Assembly: GCF_964355755.1 (NCBI RefSeq)
Contig: NC_092679.1
Span: 23,667,432-23,731,431 of the forward strand
DNA length: 64,000 nt
Direction of reading: 5' to 3'
Source of the DNA: Antedon mediterranea
Lineage: Eukaryota; Animalia; Echinodermata
The notes beneath the pieces were generated by a model, which saw only the letters and a program-made list of their open reading frames with translations, was not told where the DNA came from and searched no databases. Made by a program: the position numbers and the translations under genes. How positions within the stretch are numbered: position 1 is the first letter of the stretch; each line of letters starts with the position of its first letter. Shown piece by piece: positions 49,420 through 63,878 of this stretch.

Positions 49420-50883
49420 TGTGACGTCAAACAATAAGTTCAATTTTAATGGTACATCATAAGCAGTAACTTATATATGTAACCAATATACCGTAAGAAA
49501 AGACATATTGGAATTTAATTATGGAATAACAATAGTACTGCATATTATCATTAGGGGCAGTTTAAAGAGATTATTCTAAGGATAGCAATTTTCTATAACG
49601 CTACCATTTGTGTGTGTACTGTAAATTTAGATTTATTTTTATTACAAAATAAAAAGGTTTTCAATTTAACATATGCATTTAATTGTTATGTATTTATGCT
49701 CCCTGAATACGCTTTTATGGCAATAATATTTAATTGTTTATCTTCGTTCTTTAAAAAATGTACTGATAGTAATTGCAGTTAGTCCCATCGGAAACCAGCT
49801 TGCGATTTCAATACATACATTATTGAAAAAAATTAATGTTCAAAAATATTCTGTAAAATTACGTCATAGTTGGGCAAATGTCTTATCTTGCTTAACAATC
49901 TACAATTAGGTTTATCCAATTCGACATTTTAATATAATGCCGCTTTTGAATAATTCTATATGCATAACTTGTATTTATACATTTTGTAAACTTGAACTCC
50001 AGCCTAGTGAAACACGCAAAAATGTATAATTATCTTTCTAAGGGAGATAATGAGGTAGATATACTCTAATAGTATATTGTGTGTCGTGTATGTTTGAAGA
50101 TGTAGGCATATAGTGTAGGACTTGTAACAACGAGGCAATGTAACTGTCAAAGAAGGATGAGTCTATTGGCGGTATCTACAAAAGAAGAAACAAGATGTTT
50201 GATACCCGCGATATCTAATCTTATTATGATCTCTCCTTATTATTTTGGACAAGACTAATTCCAGATTTAAGTAGTCGTCCTACCATTGTTTTAAATGATG
50301 TCTTCGTGTTTTGTTTGATCAACTGAAATAAGAATTCTGTTCCGTCATAACCGTATGTGATGCATGAAGATAAATGTAATTTTTCGGTTGACTTATGGAA
50401 TTATATATACGAATGGTTTGATCGAAATTGCTATTGAATAAATTGAAAGAACGCTCATCATTTTTACCACCTTAGTTACCACAAAGGACTGCCTGAATAA
50501 TATCATAGGAAAATATATAATATCTCTATGGTAATATCGATTTAAATATTAACAAAATATTGAACTAATTCTAGTAAGTAGTAGTAATCTAGTAAGTGAA
50601 ATATTTTTAAATATTATAAAATCTTGGTTTGTTTATTTACCTATTGTTATTATTTTTTCGTCTTGTTATTGTTAAATATATAATGCAGGTTATTGTGTTC
50701 CAAATCATAAACAGACGGAGCATGCGCTCTCTCGAGGGTTTGCTGAAAAAAAGGTCAAAGTTCAATTCAATTCAATTCAAGAAACATTTATTGACCAACA
50801 ATATTATATCATAACAATGGTTGGCATATAATATATATAGTCGAGAGACTACAAAAGACAAACATTTTTTAAATGAGAGTCAC

Positions 50884-50941
50884 CTGAACAGCTAGAAAGC
50901 GGCAAAACGGCCAATATCACAAGGATTTGAAAGATGAACAT
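50884..50941 (-). CDS. Paralogous candidate signal-peptide exon (MFIFQILVILAVLPLSSCS-G) downstream of calpain B
   Basis: Near-identical to 33764-33821, donor CAG|GTGACT, minus-strand TATAAA at 51032-51037. Similarity to copy A ends right after the donor. Confidence 0.45.
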
Positions 50942-52673
50942 CTTTTTACACAATTCTGTATAAACGCTAAACTTTACCTCCGACAGTTCGTACTGTGTCT
51001 GGTTAACGTTAATATAGCATGTTTTGTTGGCTTTATAACATACCTGATTGTATTCTTGCAGTGTGATAGGTCAATTACGCATCATGTGTTATTTAGCTTT
51101 TTGTAAGTATTTTGAGCATTTTGCCCGTCGACGTTTTTGACTCTGATCGAATTCGAACATCAACTTGTTGTGCACGCCGTCTATAACGGCTCAACTCAGC
51201 GTCCAAAGTTGAATGGCCTAGCTTCCCGAACTAGCATTCGTCAATGATTTACATTGAATATAGGCCTAAGTAGGTGTGTTATAAAATAAATAGTGCATTT
51301 TTTTATTTGGTCAACGGCGGATCTGGTCAATTTCGCCTAGATAAAATTTGAGTCGTCAGTTTTTCAACTCATGAATTATTTTCACCATCAAACTCATAAA
51401 CAAGCTCTCCTATGATTGCCACATCTGCTTTATTCTGCTTTATCTGCATCACTTTTACAAAACATTCCCAATTATTGAGTTATAACTCAACGTGTTCAAC
51501 CTTTTTTTTTGTACAAGAGTACTTTATGAATATGATTGAATGTCAGAATAACAATTATTTTCAAGACATCATCTGAGAAAGAAGTTATGCGATTGGAAAA
51601 ACTTCATGCCGTAATTGCTAAATGAATTGTCAAATTCAGCTTATCCTCAGAGACCTAGATCAATTTATGAACGCATTTTACTTACAGATATTTTTACCAT
51701 TGCGTGAATTTTAGTTATTTAGATAAATCACATATAAATGATATTTGTTTTATATTTCAAGCATTATGATATAGAACTTAGAAAGTTGATGGATGTCATA
51801 TACCTCTATGATAAAATTAATTGAAAAACCATCCTAAATTAAATTGTCGCTTGTGATTGGTTAACTTGAGTCACGCAAAGCTTTTTTACCGATTTCCAAT
51901 ACAAAACTATTATACCATTGTTATTATTAGTGACGATTGACGTGTCCTGAAGTGTACCAAGAAGGCAAAAAAAAAAAACAACAGGCATACCACTCCATTG
52001 CAAATGGTATGGCCAAGTGGTGATCTGACGGTGAGTTATAAATTGTGTTACTTTAACGAGTTATTACATTAGACTATAAAGTTGTTGCTCTTAGTTAAGT
52101 CAATCCACACCCTGAATGCATAAAACAATAGAAATTTGACAAGTTTTTGTTCCATAGAATAATCATTTATGCTGTCTTTGATAAAAATGATTTTTTTTTA
52201 ATCCAATCCAATGACTTCATGATAAATAAAAACAATAAAATCGTTGTAGTCAAGATATTATTACTCTTACTAATCATGACGTCATTTGATTGGACGTGTG
52301 AAAATATCATTTTCATCAAAGACAACATAGATGCTTATCCTATAGTTATAGGATGAAAATTTATAAAATTCTCATTTGTTTCAGGTATGAAAAATGCATA
52401 TTTATCAATTTATCGTCGATCGTTGTCGTTCTAGTGTGTGAATGAGCATTAGGTCTACCCTTACCGGTTATTAAGTGTTTATTTGTAGACGTGCACTATA
52501 CCGTATATCGATCAGATTAGTAGTGTTATAGTTTTAATAGTAGTTGTTGTAATACTCGCTGCACTTGGTTACGCCAGTAGTTCAGTACATAAGATGTAGA
52601 ATTAAAATAAAAACTATGCTATATTTATTTATATATTCTGGTGTCTTAAACTTGCTGTTACTTCTTTCCGAGA

Positions 52674-55600
52674 TTAAAGCTTGGCACATATTTCGAGCAA
52701 CTGAAAAAAAAAATAAACATTTAACTGTACTTCCAGATCTTCCGAAAGCTACAGGTTAGTTTGATTCGACAAATATTCGAATAAGATTGTTTTCATTCAT
52801 TTCATTAAATTTTTAATCGTTTGTATAGGCCATCGAACTGTATTACTGTAAAATTTACGGTTATTAATTTGGAAAATGTAAGTACATTAACAAAAAAAAC
52901 TTTAAAATTTAACAGTTTTTTACAGGGTAAACCTACTGTACAGTTCATTCCAAGTTTTATATAATTAATTTAGATTTTGCAATGCATATACTTTAACACC
53001 AGATATTGACTACCTTTGAAACGACTATCTATAAGAATACATGTGTAAATTTATTTCTAATATTTTATTAAAAGTGTACACGTTATTGCTTAAAAAACCC
53101 CCAAACAACTATGCCTGTTTGAGAGCAATGCGTAAAGTATTAGTAATTATAAAGAACTTTAGAACCATTATATTATTCATTATTAGTCTAATATTACTTA
53201 CGTCTTCAAGTGTAAATTCCAGAGATTTCTCATTTGTTCCACCAAGCTTTTCAAATTTTCCTGCATAGTAAAAATATGGTAGAATTTTGATGGATGAATG
53301 AGGATGGATGATGATGACGATGAGGAGGATGATGGATGGAATGATGATGAGGATGATGATGATAATTAATGGGTGATGGATGAATGATGATGGGTGGATG
53401 ATTTATGGATGGATAATTGATGAAAGATGATGACGACGAAGAGGAAGATGATTAGAGAATTTGGTGCTTAGGATGATGAATGATGAGGATGATAGGTAAA
53501 AATTGATGAGGATGATGGATCAGGATGATGGATGTTGGTGGACGATGATTGATGATGATGATGATGATGACGAGATATAATGTAGGCCACTGGCAGAGTT
53601 CGTGCTTGATGGCTATGGCTTAGAGTCGAACCCAGGTAAGCAAGATATCTGATTCACACGGGCACTCTGGATCTTACAGTGTTACAACGCTTTTACACGG
53701 AATGTAAACACATTGTAAGATGTGTATAAAATGTGAATTTGTGTACAAAGAATAAGAGTTTGAATAGGCTACTTACTGATAACGTAGCGAATCTTTGAAA
53801 CCATTAGGAAAAATTTGTCGTATGTAATCTTATTATCACTGCCAACGTACCGGCTCACTAGGTGCTGCAGTACAGCGTCACTGGTTTTAAGACCTGAAAC
53901 AGAATCCGTTGAATAGTTTAAAAAATGGTTCTTCGTTTGCATTTAATAAACTGTAAATATTGCATAGTATTTAAATATATATGTACGTTCAAGACTGCCG
54001 CTTTTAAAAAAAGGCGTGTGTTCAAATAAATGTATATACAATAGTCATGTCGTACGAAAGGCATATCAAAGTCTTAATGAATGGTTGTATCCAATTAGAG
54101 GTTGAGGACTCGGTGATGAAGTGACGGGACGGGAGTTTAAAAAACCCGCGGCGCTCCTACCCACTGGTCACTACCGTAGATACCTGCTCGTGACAATGCA
54201 TCTCGTAACTCGCTCACATCAAGAGTTTTGCTTTCGTCCTTATCAGCTCGAAGAAACATCATCTGAAATCAGAAACTAAGTCTAAACATTTAGACGATGC
54301 GCTAGCCATAATCACGTAGGCCTAAGGTCTAAAGCGAAGCTAAGTTCGAATGGATGTAGCCATTTAAACTTGCCAACTTTGTATTGGTAATGTTTTACAA
54401 CAAAATGGAGTTGACTCAGTCAAATCCGTCTCATATGCCACTGAGTAATATTAAAATGAATATGATTTTTTACTTGGCGAAATAAAATGTTGTCAATTAT
54501 AGTAGGCATCTACTTGCTTTGTTTGCCTGTTTATTTGTACGATATTGTTTAAGTTATTGTCCTGTATAATTGTTGACGTTAATAGATATCATACCTATTA
54601 GGAAAATTGATATATTGGTAAATTATTATATTGATAAATCATTATATTGATATCTCCAGTTACCCGTATCTTAGCCGAAATATTTAATAGCCTGCCCTCT
54701 GTCGCTCTACATTTTGCCAAGTGTTGTATTTCGCTGTATCTATTATTATATTAGTTATTGGTACTTACATCACAGTAAAATGACCATGCTCCAATAGCAA
54801 TGCCTTCATTGACAGAAAGTTTCCGAGAATCGTCTTCCTATAGTTTTAAGCTTAAGGAATTTAGACAAAAAACTTGCACTTCTTTACCGTATACCATCAA
54901 TAGATCTTATAGATCTAGGCCTAAGTCTCCATCCATGTTCAGTTCAAGATAAAATAATTCATTATTGACATGACCAGAAACATACAGGAAGGGTAGCATA
55001 CACTTTTTGGCGCTCTCAATGTTATTTATTTCTAGAGACAATATGTTAAATCGTGAAATATGTTAACCATTTTGATCAGAGCATGAATTTCTTCCCATTT
55101 GATGATGGTAGACGATGATGGTGCCCACATTGGTTACAGGGAAGCCTGATCCGAATCATCCCAGTTTCTTATTTTACATTTCAAATATTTTTGGAAAACT
55201 TTTTTAACAAAAGGATACGTCAAACAGTGAGGCAATAGCTGCCGACGTCTCATGTGATATATCAGAAGGAATGATATCTATAAGAAATAATATTTTTTAT
55301 TACATTACAATTTATTATTATTATCTAGACATAGACAGATGATCATTAGAAACTGTCGAATATAATTATGCCAAATATGACTTCACTTTAAATGTTACAT
55401 AATACATAATAAAGAATTTATTGTGGTGGCGTACTGAGACATATAACATACTTTCTTGTTTCCAACGTACAAAGAAGTTATCCAGTTCTGAGTTGTCCAT
55501 CAACCCGTCCTGTAAGATGTAATTGGGTTTAACTGTTTACGGCTGGAATACTGCATGAACACAGCATCTTCATACCATTTATAAAATTTGCTAACATTTA

Positions 55601-58600
55601 CGTATCATTTTTTTATAATGTCTATCTTACAACTTTATTAAATCATACTTGATTTGTGGAACCCTTTCTCTGCTTTCAAGATGTAATGCTTTGTAAATGT
55701 TTATATTTTATATAACAATAAATCAATTTAAAGCCAGAGTTAATGGATCTAAGGCAAATTAATATTCAATTCAATTCAATTCAAAGCAACATTTATTTTC
55801 TCCTTTCATATACAAAATAGATTTCAGTGATCAATAAATATGTAAACAAAATTCGAAAGAAGAAGGTACACGCCCAGAAAGATGAAAAACACATCTTGTG
55901 GAGGACGTACCTATTACAGACACAGACAATGAAAATTTATAAAATAAAAAAAATATAAAAATAAAAAAAAAAATAAATAAAAAATTGACCGAGGAAAAGT
56001 TAATATTTGGCAATAAGGTGACTTTTAAGTTTAGATAAAAATGATTTACTAGAAAGAGAGTTTAAGATGGGGAGTGGCAGATCGTTCCAAAAAGTGGGTC
56101 CGGAATACCTAATGTTGTGTTGAAAGTGGTTGGTTTTATGGGTTGGAATATGTAATTTTGAACAAATACGGGTATTATGATAATGAATTGAAGAATTTGG
56201 AGTGAACATGGAGCACAGATGTTTGGGAAGGTTGGAATTAATAGAAGAAAAGATGAACGAGCCTTGTTGGGTTAGATTGATATCGGAGACTTTGAGAAGA
56301 TTAAGCTTTGAAAAAAGATGAGATGAATGAGACAGGGGTGGGGCGCCAGATATAACCCTGATGGCCTTTTTTTGAAGAGTTTGAAGTTTTTTAATACTGG
56401 AAGGATAAGAGTTGCACCAGACAATATTGCAATAGTTAAGATAAGGCAGGATGAGGGAGCAGTACAGGATACGAAGAATGTTAGGGGGTGAAAAAGAAGA
56501 AAGTCTAGTGATGATGCCAAGACTTTTTGAAATTTTATTCTCAACAAAATTGATGTGATTTTTTCCATGAAAGTCGACTGTCAAGATGAACTCCTTAAAA
56601 TGTAGCAGATTGGACTGAGGGAATATCATGATTGTTAATAGAAATGTTATAGTTTGCAGTATCAATGTTTTTAATTTTCTGAGGGGTTCCAAACAGGATG
56701 AAGTTACATTTTTTTGTGGTTAAGAGAAAGTTTGTTAGCTGAAAAGTATTGAGACATGAGGGTCAGATTGGTATTAACAGTATTAAATAAGGTTTGAATA
56801 TCAGGGTCAGAGTAATAAACAGTGGTGTCGTCAGCATATAGAAAAAAATTAAGAATTGCAGAAGAAAGATATATATCATTAATATATAGAATAAATAGGA
56901 GGGGGCCAAGAAGAGAGCCCTGGGGAACACCACAAGTAACAGGGTTGAAGTTGGAGACAGAATTAGAATACTTGGTACATTGGAAACGATTGGTAAGGTA
57001 ACTTTTGAAAAGATCATATGCGGGCCCTCTAATTCCATAGTGGGATAGTTTAAATAAAACTATGTTGTGGTCTATTGTATCGAATGCCTTTGACAAATCT
57101 ATAAAAACGCCGATGGCTAGATGGCCACTTTCAAATGCGTCAACAATTTTGTTTGTTAAGTCAATGAGAGCCATGGGTGTGTTGTGACCTTTTCTAAAGC
57201 CATATTGATTTTTGTGAAGAATGTTTTGAGATAAATGAAAATGTACGATCGTAGATTACCCTTTCTAAAGCTTTAGAGAAAATAGAGAGGACAGAGATGG
57301 GGCGATAGTTAGAGAAATCAGATTTGTTTCCAGATTTGTAGATAGGGGTAACGCGCGCAAACTTCATCCTGTCTGGGAAAACACCCTTTAATAAAGCAAG
57401 ATTAAAAATATGGGTAAGTGGAAAAGAAATGAGATCGGCAATATGTTTGATGGGCTTGGTTTGGAAATCATCAATACCGGGTGATTTGTTGTTTTTAAAG
57501 GTAGAAATGATTTTAAAAACTTCGGCCTCATTGACTGGAGTAAAGAATATTGAGTTAGGGGTAGGGTTGGGTAAAAAGTCTTTAAATGATCTGTTACTAT
57601 TGGGAATTTTATTAGCAAGTGAAGGGCCGATTTCAGAAAAATATTTGTTAAAGGCATTTGAAATTATATTGGAATCATTAGTCAACTCACCTTGAAAATT
57701 GAAAGTATTTGTATGTGTATTATTTGATTTATTGAGCAGGGAATTAATTGATTTCCAAGTTGCCTTAATATCATTTTTGTGTTTGAGAAACGTTTTGTGA
57801 AAATGATTTTTTTTTGCAGCTTTAATTGTAGTATTTAATTTATTACGGAATTGTTTAAAGGCTGTTTCATTTTTTTGGGTGGGACAATGGATAAATTTAG
57901 AGTACAGTTTATGTTTGTGTTTAATTGAATTAAGTAGGCCATTAGACATCCATGACTTTAATTTATTATTTTTTTTTTCGTTTTTGAGGAGAGGAAAGTG
58001 TTTATCATATATTGATTTTAATATAAGTTCAAAGTGTGAATAAGCCTTATTTGGGTCATCAGTGTTAATAACATCAGTCCAATGTTGGGTGGAAATTTCA
58101 AGACGAAAGTTTGCCAGTGAAGTAAGGTTAAATTTTCTAAAAGTATAGTTTTTATTTGGCATTCCTTATGCCACTACTGACTTACCTCTCCAGCATATTC
58201 TTCAAAGACTGATTGAATGATTTCAACCATCATTGGGTCAAGCGTTTTATTCTAAAATAAAGTAAAACATTGTATATCTATATAATTACGATCTAGTATA
58301 GCAACAATGCTGCTGCTGTGATTGGTGGGTTCCTCTTCTTGTGTTTTATTTTTGTTTCTGTTTATTTGTCTGAATACAGGGTTCTCTGGGAGAACAGTCT
58401 TTAACTAAAGAGGTCCCCAGTAAAAAGAAGAAATAAATAAAAGAAAAATAAAGACATGTTGAATTATACAACTACAAGTATTCACGGATGTTACTGTTTT
58501 GTATAGTATTATGACCACCAATGCATTTGGCCGTTTTGTAAACCTGATGTGTATTCTTCAATTGTATATAGGCAAATACCATAATTTGTATAATAGATCA

Positions 58601-61600
58601 TAGACAAATTCTTAAAAACATGCTAATGTTTTACTCTAATTTTTACTGAATTGAAAATAATAAATGTAACGAACATGATTGTGATACGGTATCACGAAAC
58701 TTTCCTAATGCTCAGTCTACACTATCAAACTAGTTTGACAACAAAGTGTGATGTGACCAAATATGATATCATTATATCCATTTATGTGCACATCACATTT
58801 GTTTTTGTCAAATAAAGCTTGATAGTGCAGATAAAGCTTAACACAAAAGACACAAATACTTTTTAGAATACACCTACCTCTGATAACGTTGAAGTGTAAA
58901 ACGATGTGCTGTTTGCCGATCTAAAAAAATATGAATACTCAAATCAAGCTAGATTTTTTTTAGGTTTCCGTTATAAATGCATTTACGGATATAGAAACTA
59001 CCAAAATACTGTACATAATTGTGAACTATTTCTTGTAGATATGCAAAAAATCTGTAGACCATTAATTTTGTAGATTATTACAAATTACATTGATGTTTTA
59101 GTTAATAATGAGTACAATACCGTATACTTACTTGGTCTTTGAAAAAGCTCTGCAAAAGAAACGCAAAAGGAACGGATATTCTTTGTCCTTTTCAAACGTT
59201 GAAGGAATGATGACGTAATTACCCGGACCAAGATCCATGAACAGAGCAGCTTCTCGTATTCCTCGTTTGTGTTCAAATGAGTGTAGTGGTTTGCTTGCTT
59301 GTATGAACTCCATATCCACTGGACATCCATTTTCTGTCTGTGAGTTAAAAACTATTAGTGTAACTAATAATAAAGAGGGTACAACAACAGAATATTACGA
59401 AGAAAAAAATTAGAAGATGTATAAAAAATGGAAAAGAATGAATGAATAAAGGTGTTAACCACGAAAGATTTAAAAAAAATTGTAATTGTAACTATTTTAA
59501 TTTTTTGCTATTTAATCTGAATATTGCTTTCTGTAGCGCTTTGACCATATTTGGTGGAAAAGTGACCACAAGTATTTAATGTTCATCTGAAACATGCTCC
59601 AGCTGAAACAGTACAATTCCGGCACTAGTAAAGGCCAACCAATTTCATTGATCTACCTAGTTTCTCACATTTTGGATTTCCAGTAATTAACCTAAAGGTA
59701 TTTATGTAGTTAAAGGATCTCAATGGAAATAAGATAATACGCCTTTTGGGATATCCTGGAAAGTATGTCATAAATGTGTTTATTTGTAACTTATGTTATC
59801 ACTTTGTATGTATGATTATAATTTCCTGATAAATACAAATCAAATCATGTTGGTAATGTCAAAACAATGAATGAATATTAATCAAAATGGTGTGTCACGA
59901 TCAAATTAATTCGTGAATCATTAAAACTAAATTCAGTAACTATTTTTAAGACAATTTAGAAAAAAATTACTTTGTACATATCAAACCCGAGATCAGAGTC
60001 TTCCCACCCGGATTCTTCTCTGTCTTTGCCAACTGCCATCAGAGAGACAACCACTAAATCACCATTATTGTCAACTTGTATGTTGTACTGGGGGTTCTTG
60101 TGGAAATCTAAGGAAAGAGAGTGCAGTAGTATAATTTGCTTGTTACACACGAAACACAATCATGCAGGGCACTTTGAAGAACTCATCTGTTTTTAGAAGA
60201 TAACAATCGTAGAAGATTTTTTTTAATTTCCATTTTTAATGGTTTAGTTAGATTGTAAATTGAAACGAATTTAAGAAGATGTGATTTCGCGCTAGAGAGT
60301 GAGTCAACCGCTAATTGTAGGCCTACGGTTTGATGAAGATGTAATTTTTTGAAAATGTAATTGCACACCAGAGATCCTTGGGTAATGCCCAACTATTGGA
60401 GGAGATGAAATTACATAGAGGTGAGTTTCTTTGTAATTTTACTACCAATTTTTTGATATTGTATCTTTTTATTTGTTGCATACTTTCTTTATTATTTTCA
60501 TAACGTCCCATAGCAGTTGAACCTTTTTGCCATTTATTCAAATGTTCAGTCACGTGCCATTTCACATCTTTGTCAGACAGCTCTGGTGGGATGTGAAGAA
60601 TTCTCAGCTCGTTGAATCTGTGCAGGATGTCTTTGAGAACCATCCTTAAATAAATGAAGCAAATGAATTTTTTAATGCGCTGTTAAAATATTGGGGATGA
60701 GGTCAATATAATCATGGTCGCATGCGTCTAAATTTTAATTCTCAGTCGGCACGGTTAGTGCCATAGACAATAATTGGTTTCTATTGCGTGTGCTCGGTCC
60801 GTGCGACAAATCCACTATCTTGTTTTCTATTCGTTTGCCAATACAAAGCATTACATAGACGCACGGTCAACCGAGCCGATGGATATAATGATATAGCACG
60901 ACCGATAGTCTATTCCTAGTTTAGCTTCGGTTGAGTACAGTGGCTCACTTACCAGAAATCACCATCGAGCTCACTTTTTATACCAAACTTTTTCATGGTA
61001 TCTTTATCCAAAGATTTCATTTCTTCTGACCTAAGATGTTAATGTAAATTGTTACGTTGTAATATGAATTGTTTTCGTTCATAAACAAAAAAATTAATAA
61101 AATTAATTGTACCTGACGTAACTTTATGACGATAACTCGTAACGAAAACTAGACGGTACAATAGTAGGCCTAAACTATTCCAAAAGGGACTAAAAAAGAG
61201 ATTTTTTAATTATGCAAACAACCAAAGGTTTGTATGTAGGCCTCTCTTGTGAGCAATATATTTCTTACTTGTCACCCCATGGTCCAGTCCATTCACAGCG
61301 TTCTGTGCTTAGAATTCTGATGATACTTGCAGAGTTCATTTTACCATTGTTGTCATACGTTACCTAAAAGTTCACAATAAGATAAGAAATGAAAGGATTT
61401 TTGACTTATCGGTGTTGTAATATACAACTAATAAATAAATTATGACAACAAAAAAACAATTTCATGAGGTGAAAGATGAAAGCATATATTTTCAGAAGGC
61501 GAATGAAATTATTTTGATATATTGAACGAACATTATTTGTTTATAACAGACCATTCAAAATGAGACAGCGTTCACATTTTTAACATTGAAATAGAACAAT

Positions 61601-63878
61601 TAGGCGGCGCACACAGCCATATAATAATAATTGATCGAACGTGATCAGTCAACAACAGCCTGTGGGTGCACTGTGGAACTAAAATGAACGCGCAAAACGA
61701 AATGCAGTAGCCGCATAATAATATAACGAAATCGCACTCTCGATTACGAAATTAGAAGTTAAATAGAATATTATTATTTATCTTTCAATCAAATTAAAAT
61801 GGTCGATACGTTCTTATTGCATCATTATGATATCTATTGCTGCGTTGTATGATTGAAAACAGGAACACATCAAAATACCTAGGTAGCTTTAAATAAAACG
61901 TTATTTGAAATCATTGAAGTTACCAAATCTTGTAATTGAAAGTTGAGTTAAATGTAGAATTAACATATATCGTATTAAAAAGACGTGTAAAGGTTAATAC
62001 AAAAGTTAATGTAAATTATAAACCCACGTGTTTTACACTTCCAGATAGAATGTACATGCTCTGTAGTTGAAGACCGCACAAATCAAGATTCTCGTCATTT
62101 AAAAGGCCGGTCACAAGAGATCCAGTTTTTCTCCACATCATCAACTTGGAACGAAGTATAGCCTCTGTGAAGTCAGACATATCTACTCTCTCAACAGTAC
62201 CACCAGATAGATCAATCAAAGCTTCAGGGATATCAAATGTACAATCCATCGCCTCGTAACGTAATAAAAGCCTTCATTATAAAACAAAAACAAAATATGT
62301 TGTTTGTTTGTTAGTTTGTTAATAGGATGGATAGTCAGCAGTGTCCTTTTCACTCGAGCTACTGTGAAAACTACTCAGTTCTCATAATATGAGAGCTTTT
62401 CAAAGTGCTGGAGAATGGAGCAGTGACAAGGGTTTTCCTGCGCTATCTTCAGATTGAATTTTGTTATTTTAAGAATGTTTCTCTTTGTTGGTGTAAACTA
62501 TTTGTATTAGGTGCTATAAGACTATCATTATCAAATTAGCAAACTACTATTCTGTTCCCCTTAAAAAGCACGATCCATGTCAACATGTATGAGCATGGAT
62601 ACAATTATTCATGGTAGACCTAGTTTCCCAAAAGCTTAATTTTGATTTAAGGAGTGTAAGTTGAGATGGAATTGAAGTTTTGAAGAATATACGGTAATTT
62701 TGATTATAACTGTACCCTTAGGCTTCACAACGTTGTTTCTAAAATCTAAAGTAGTTACACGTTTTGATACTGCAGAAGTTGGAATATGCATTGTCTTTGG
62801 TAGAGGGAGGTAATCATGATAAAAATGATCATAAACAGATACGATTCTTTTCAAAGTGTTTAAGCATTTAGGACTTTATTATTTTATCTCGGGTATTGTT
62901 GTGATGGTGACTTGCAGTAAAAGTGTAAAAGAACACTTACTTTGCCAATGCCTTTTCCATGAGAGGAGCCCAGAATTCATCTTTTGATTGGCAGTGACTG
63001 AACATCAGTTTACCATCCAGTGTTGGCAGTTGATCGTCAATGACAATTTCATACCAGGATCCAAATCTCCAAAATCTGAATCTAAAGATGCCTTTATAGT
63101 CGTCTTTGAACGACTGTTCTGGACAGACGTAGTTGAGTACGGACGGAACAAGCGTCATCCCTGCCAATGCATTCATGAATGACGCGTTTGCTGTAGGAAA
63201 ATTGAGTGAACTCAAACGTTACAGTGTAGTTTGTTGCAAAGCGTTTCGCCTCCATTGCCTATTAATTGTAAAAGAACTTTATACTGAATTTATAAATTAA
63301 AGACGCCAAAGTCTTACCAAGGCCCTCGTCTCTGGCTAAAATAACCTCATTAAAGGATGCTCCATCTTTAAAAAAGAAGGGTTCCTGCTTGCCTTCTAAG
63401 ATTTCCTAAGAGAAAACACGGTTTTGTCAGTTTATTTTTGGATGGAATCCAAATGTTAGGCCTAGTTAAAAGGCAGCAGATTGAAATTTTCTAGCTAGCT
63501 TCTATGCCCTAGGCCGTTGCAAATAAACATTGTGTGGGTTCCATGGAGTAGTTACTTCCATATAGTTACCGCCTTAATAAATTATGGCGAATAATATTGC
63601 ATACCCATGAATATGCCTAGTACAATTGATAATGTTAGTTATTGTAAGTAGTACTATTTATATTGAATAGAAACGCTTACTTTTGGACGTAGCCACCTGA
63701 TGTCATTTCGCCTCTCGTATAAGTCAAACAAATATGTATCTTCTTTAATGAATATAGACTCGTTACATGCCTTAAAACATGGATCTTTGAATAGGTTGTC
63801 CCTATTGTACTGACTATCTTCTATCAGATCGGCGTAGTTTTGGCCACAAATTGTGTTTAATTTGATGGACTTAGCCAT
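52674..63878 (-). CDS. Calpain-family gene copy B (tandem paralog), 18 coding exons, 677 aa, catalytically dead
   Basis: Exons: 63878-63681, 63405-63318, 63190-62941, 62271-62028, 61363-61269, 61030-60953, 60644-60484, 60107-59971, 59337-59132, 58920-58878, 58251-58186, 55509-55452, 55277-55219, 54837-54769, 54262-54184, 53893-53777, 53260-53202, 52700-52674. Exons 1-10 match copy A at offset 14581; the EF-hand exons differ at about 7 amino acids. Confidence 0.9.
55765..58165 (-). mobile_element. 5'-truncated CR1/L2-group LINE in calpain B intron 11 (sense orientation), frameshifted
   Basis: RT pieces at 58162-57194, 57174-56704 and 56692-56000 (YRPISVL, DLSKAFD, GVPQGSLLGP, YADD); AATAAA and (TTGAA)n tail at 55765-55800; absent from copy A. 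Confidence 0.92.

Noticed and set aside
49422-49429. Perfect CRE palindrome TGACGTCA about 125 bp upstream of the calpain A ATG
   Set aside because: A single 8-mer with unknown TSS; a possible acceptor near 49358 suggests the site could be intronic.
52993-53028. Alternative last calpain exon IVVSKVVNIWC* in copy B
   Set aside because: The frame is not conserved in copy A (TVQK*). The 27-nt exon LLEICAKL* has a stronger acceptor and is identical in both copies.
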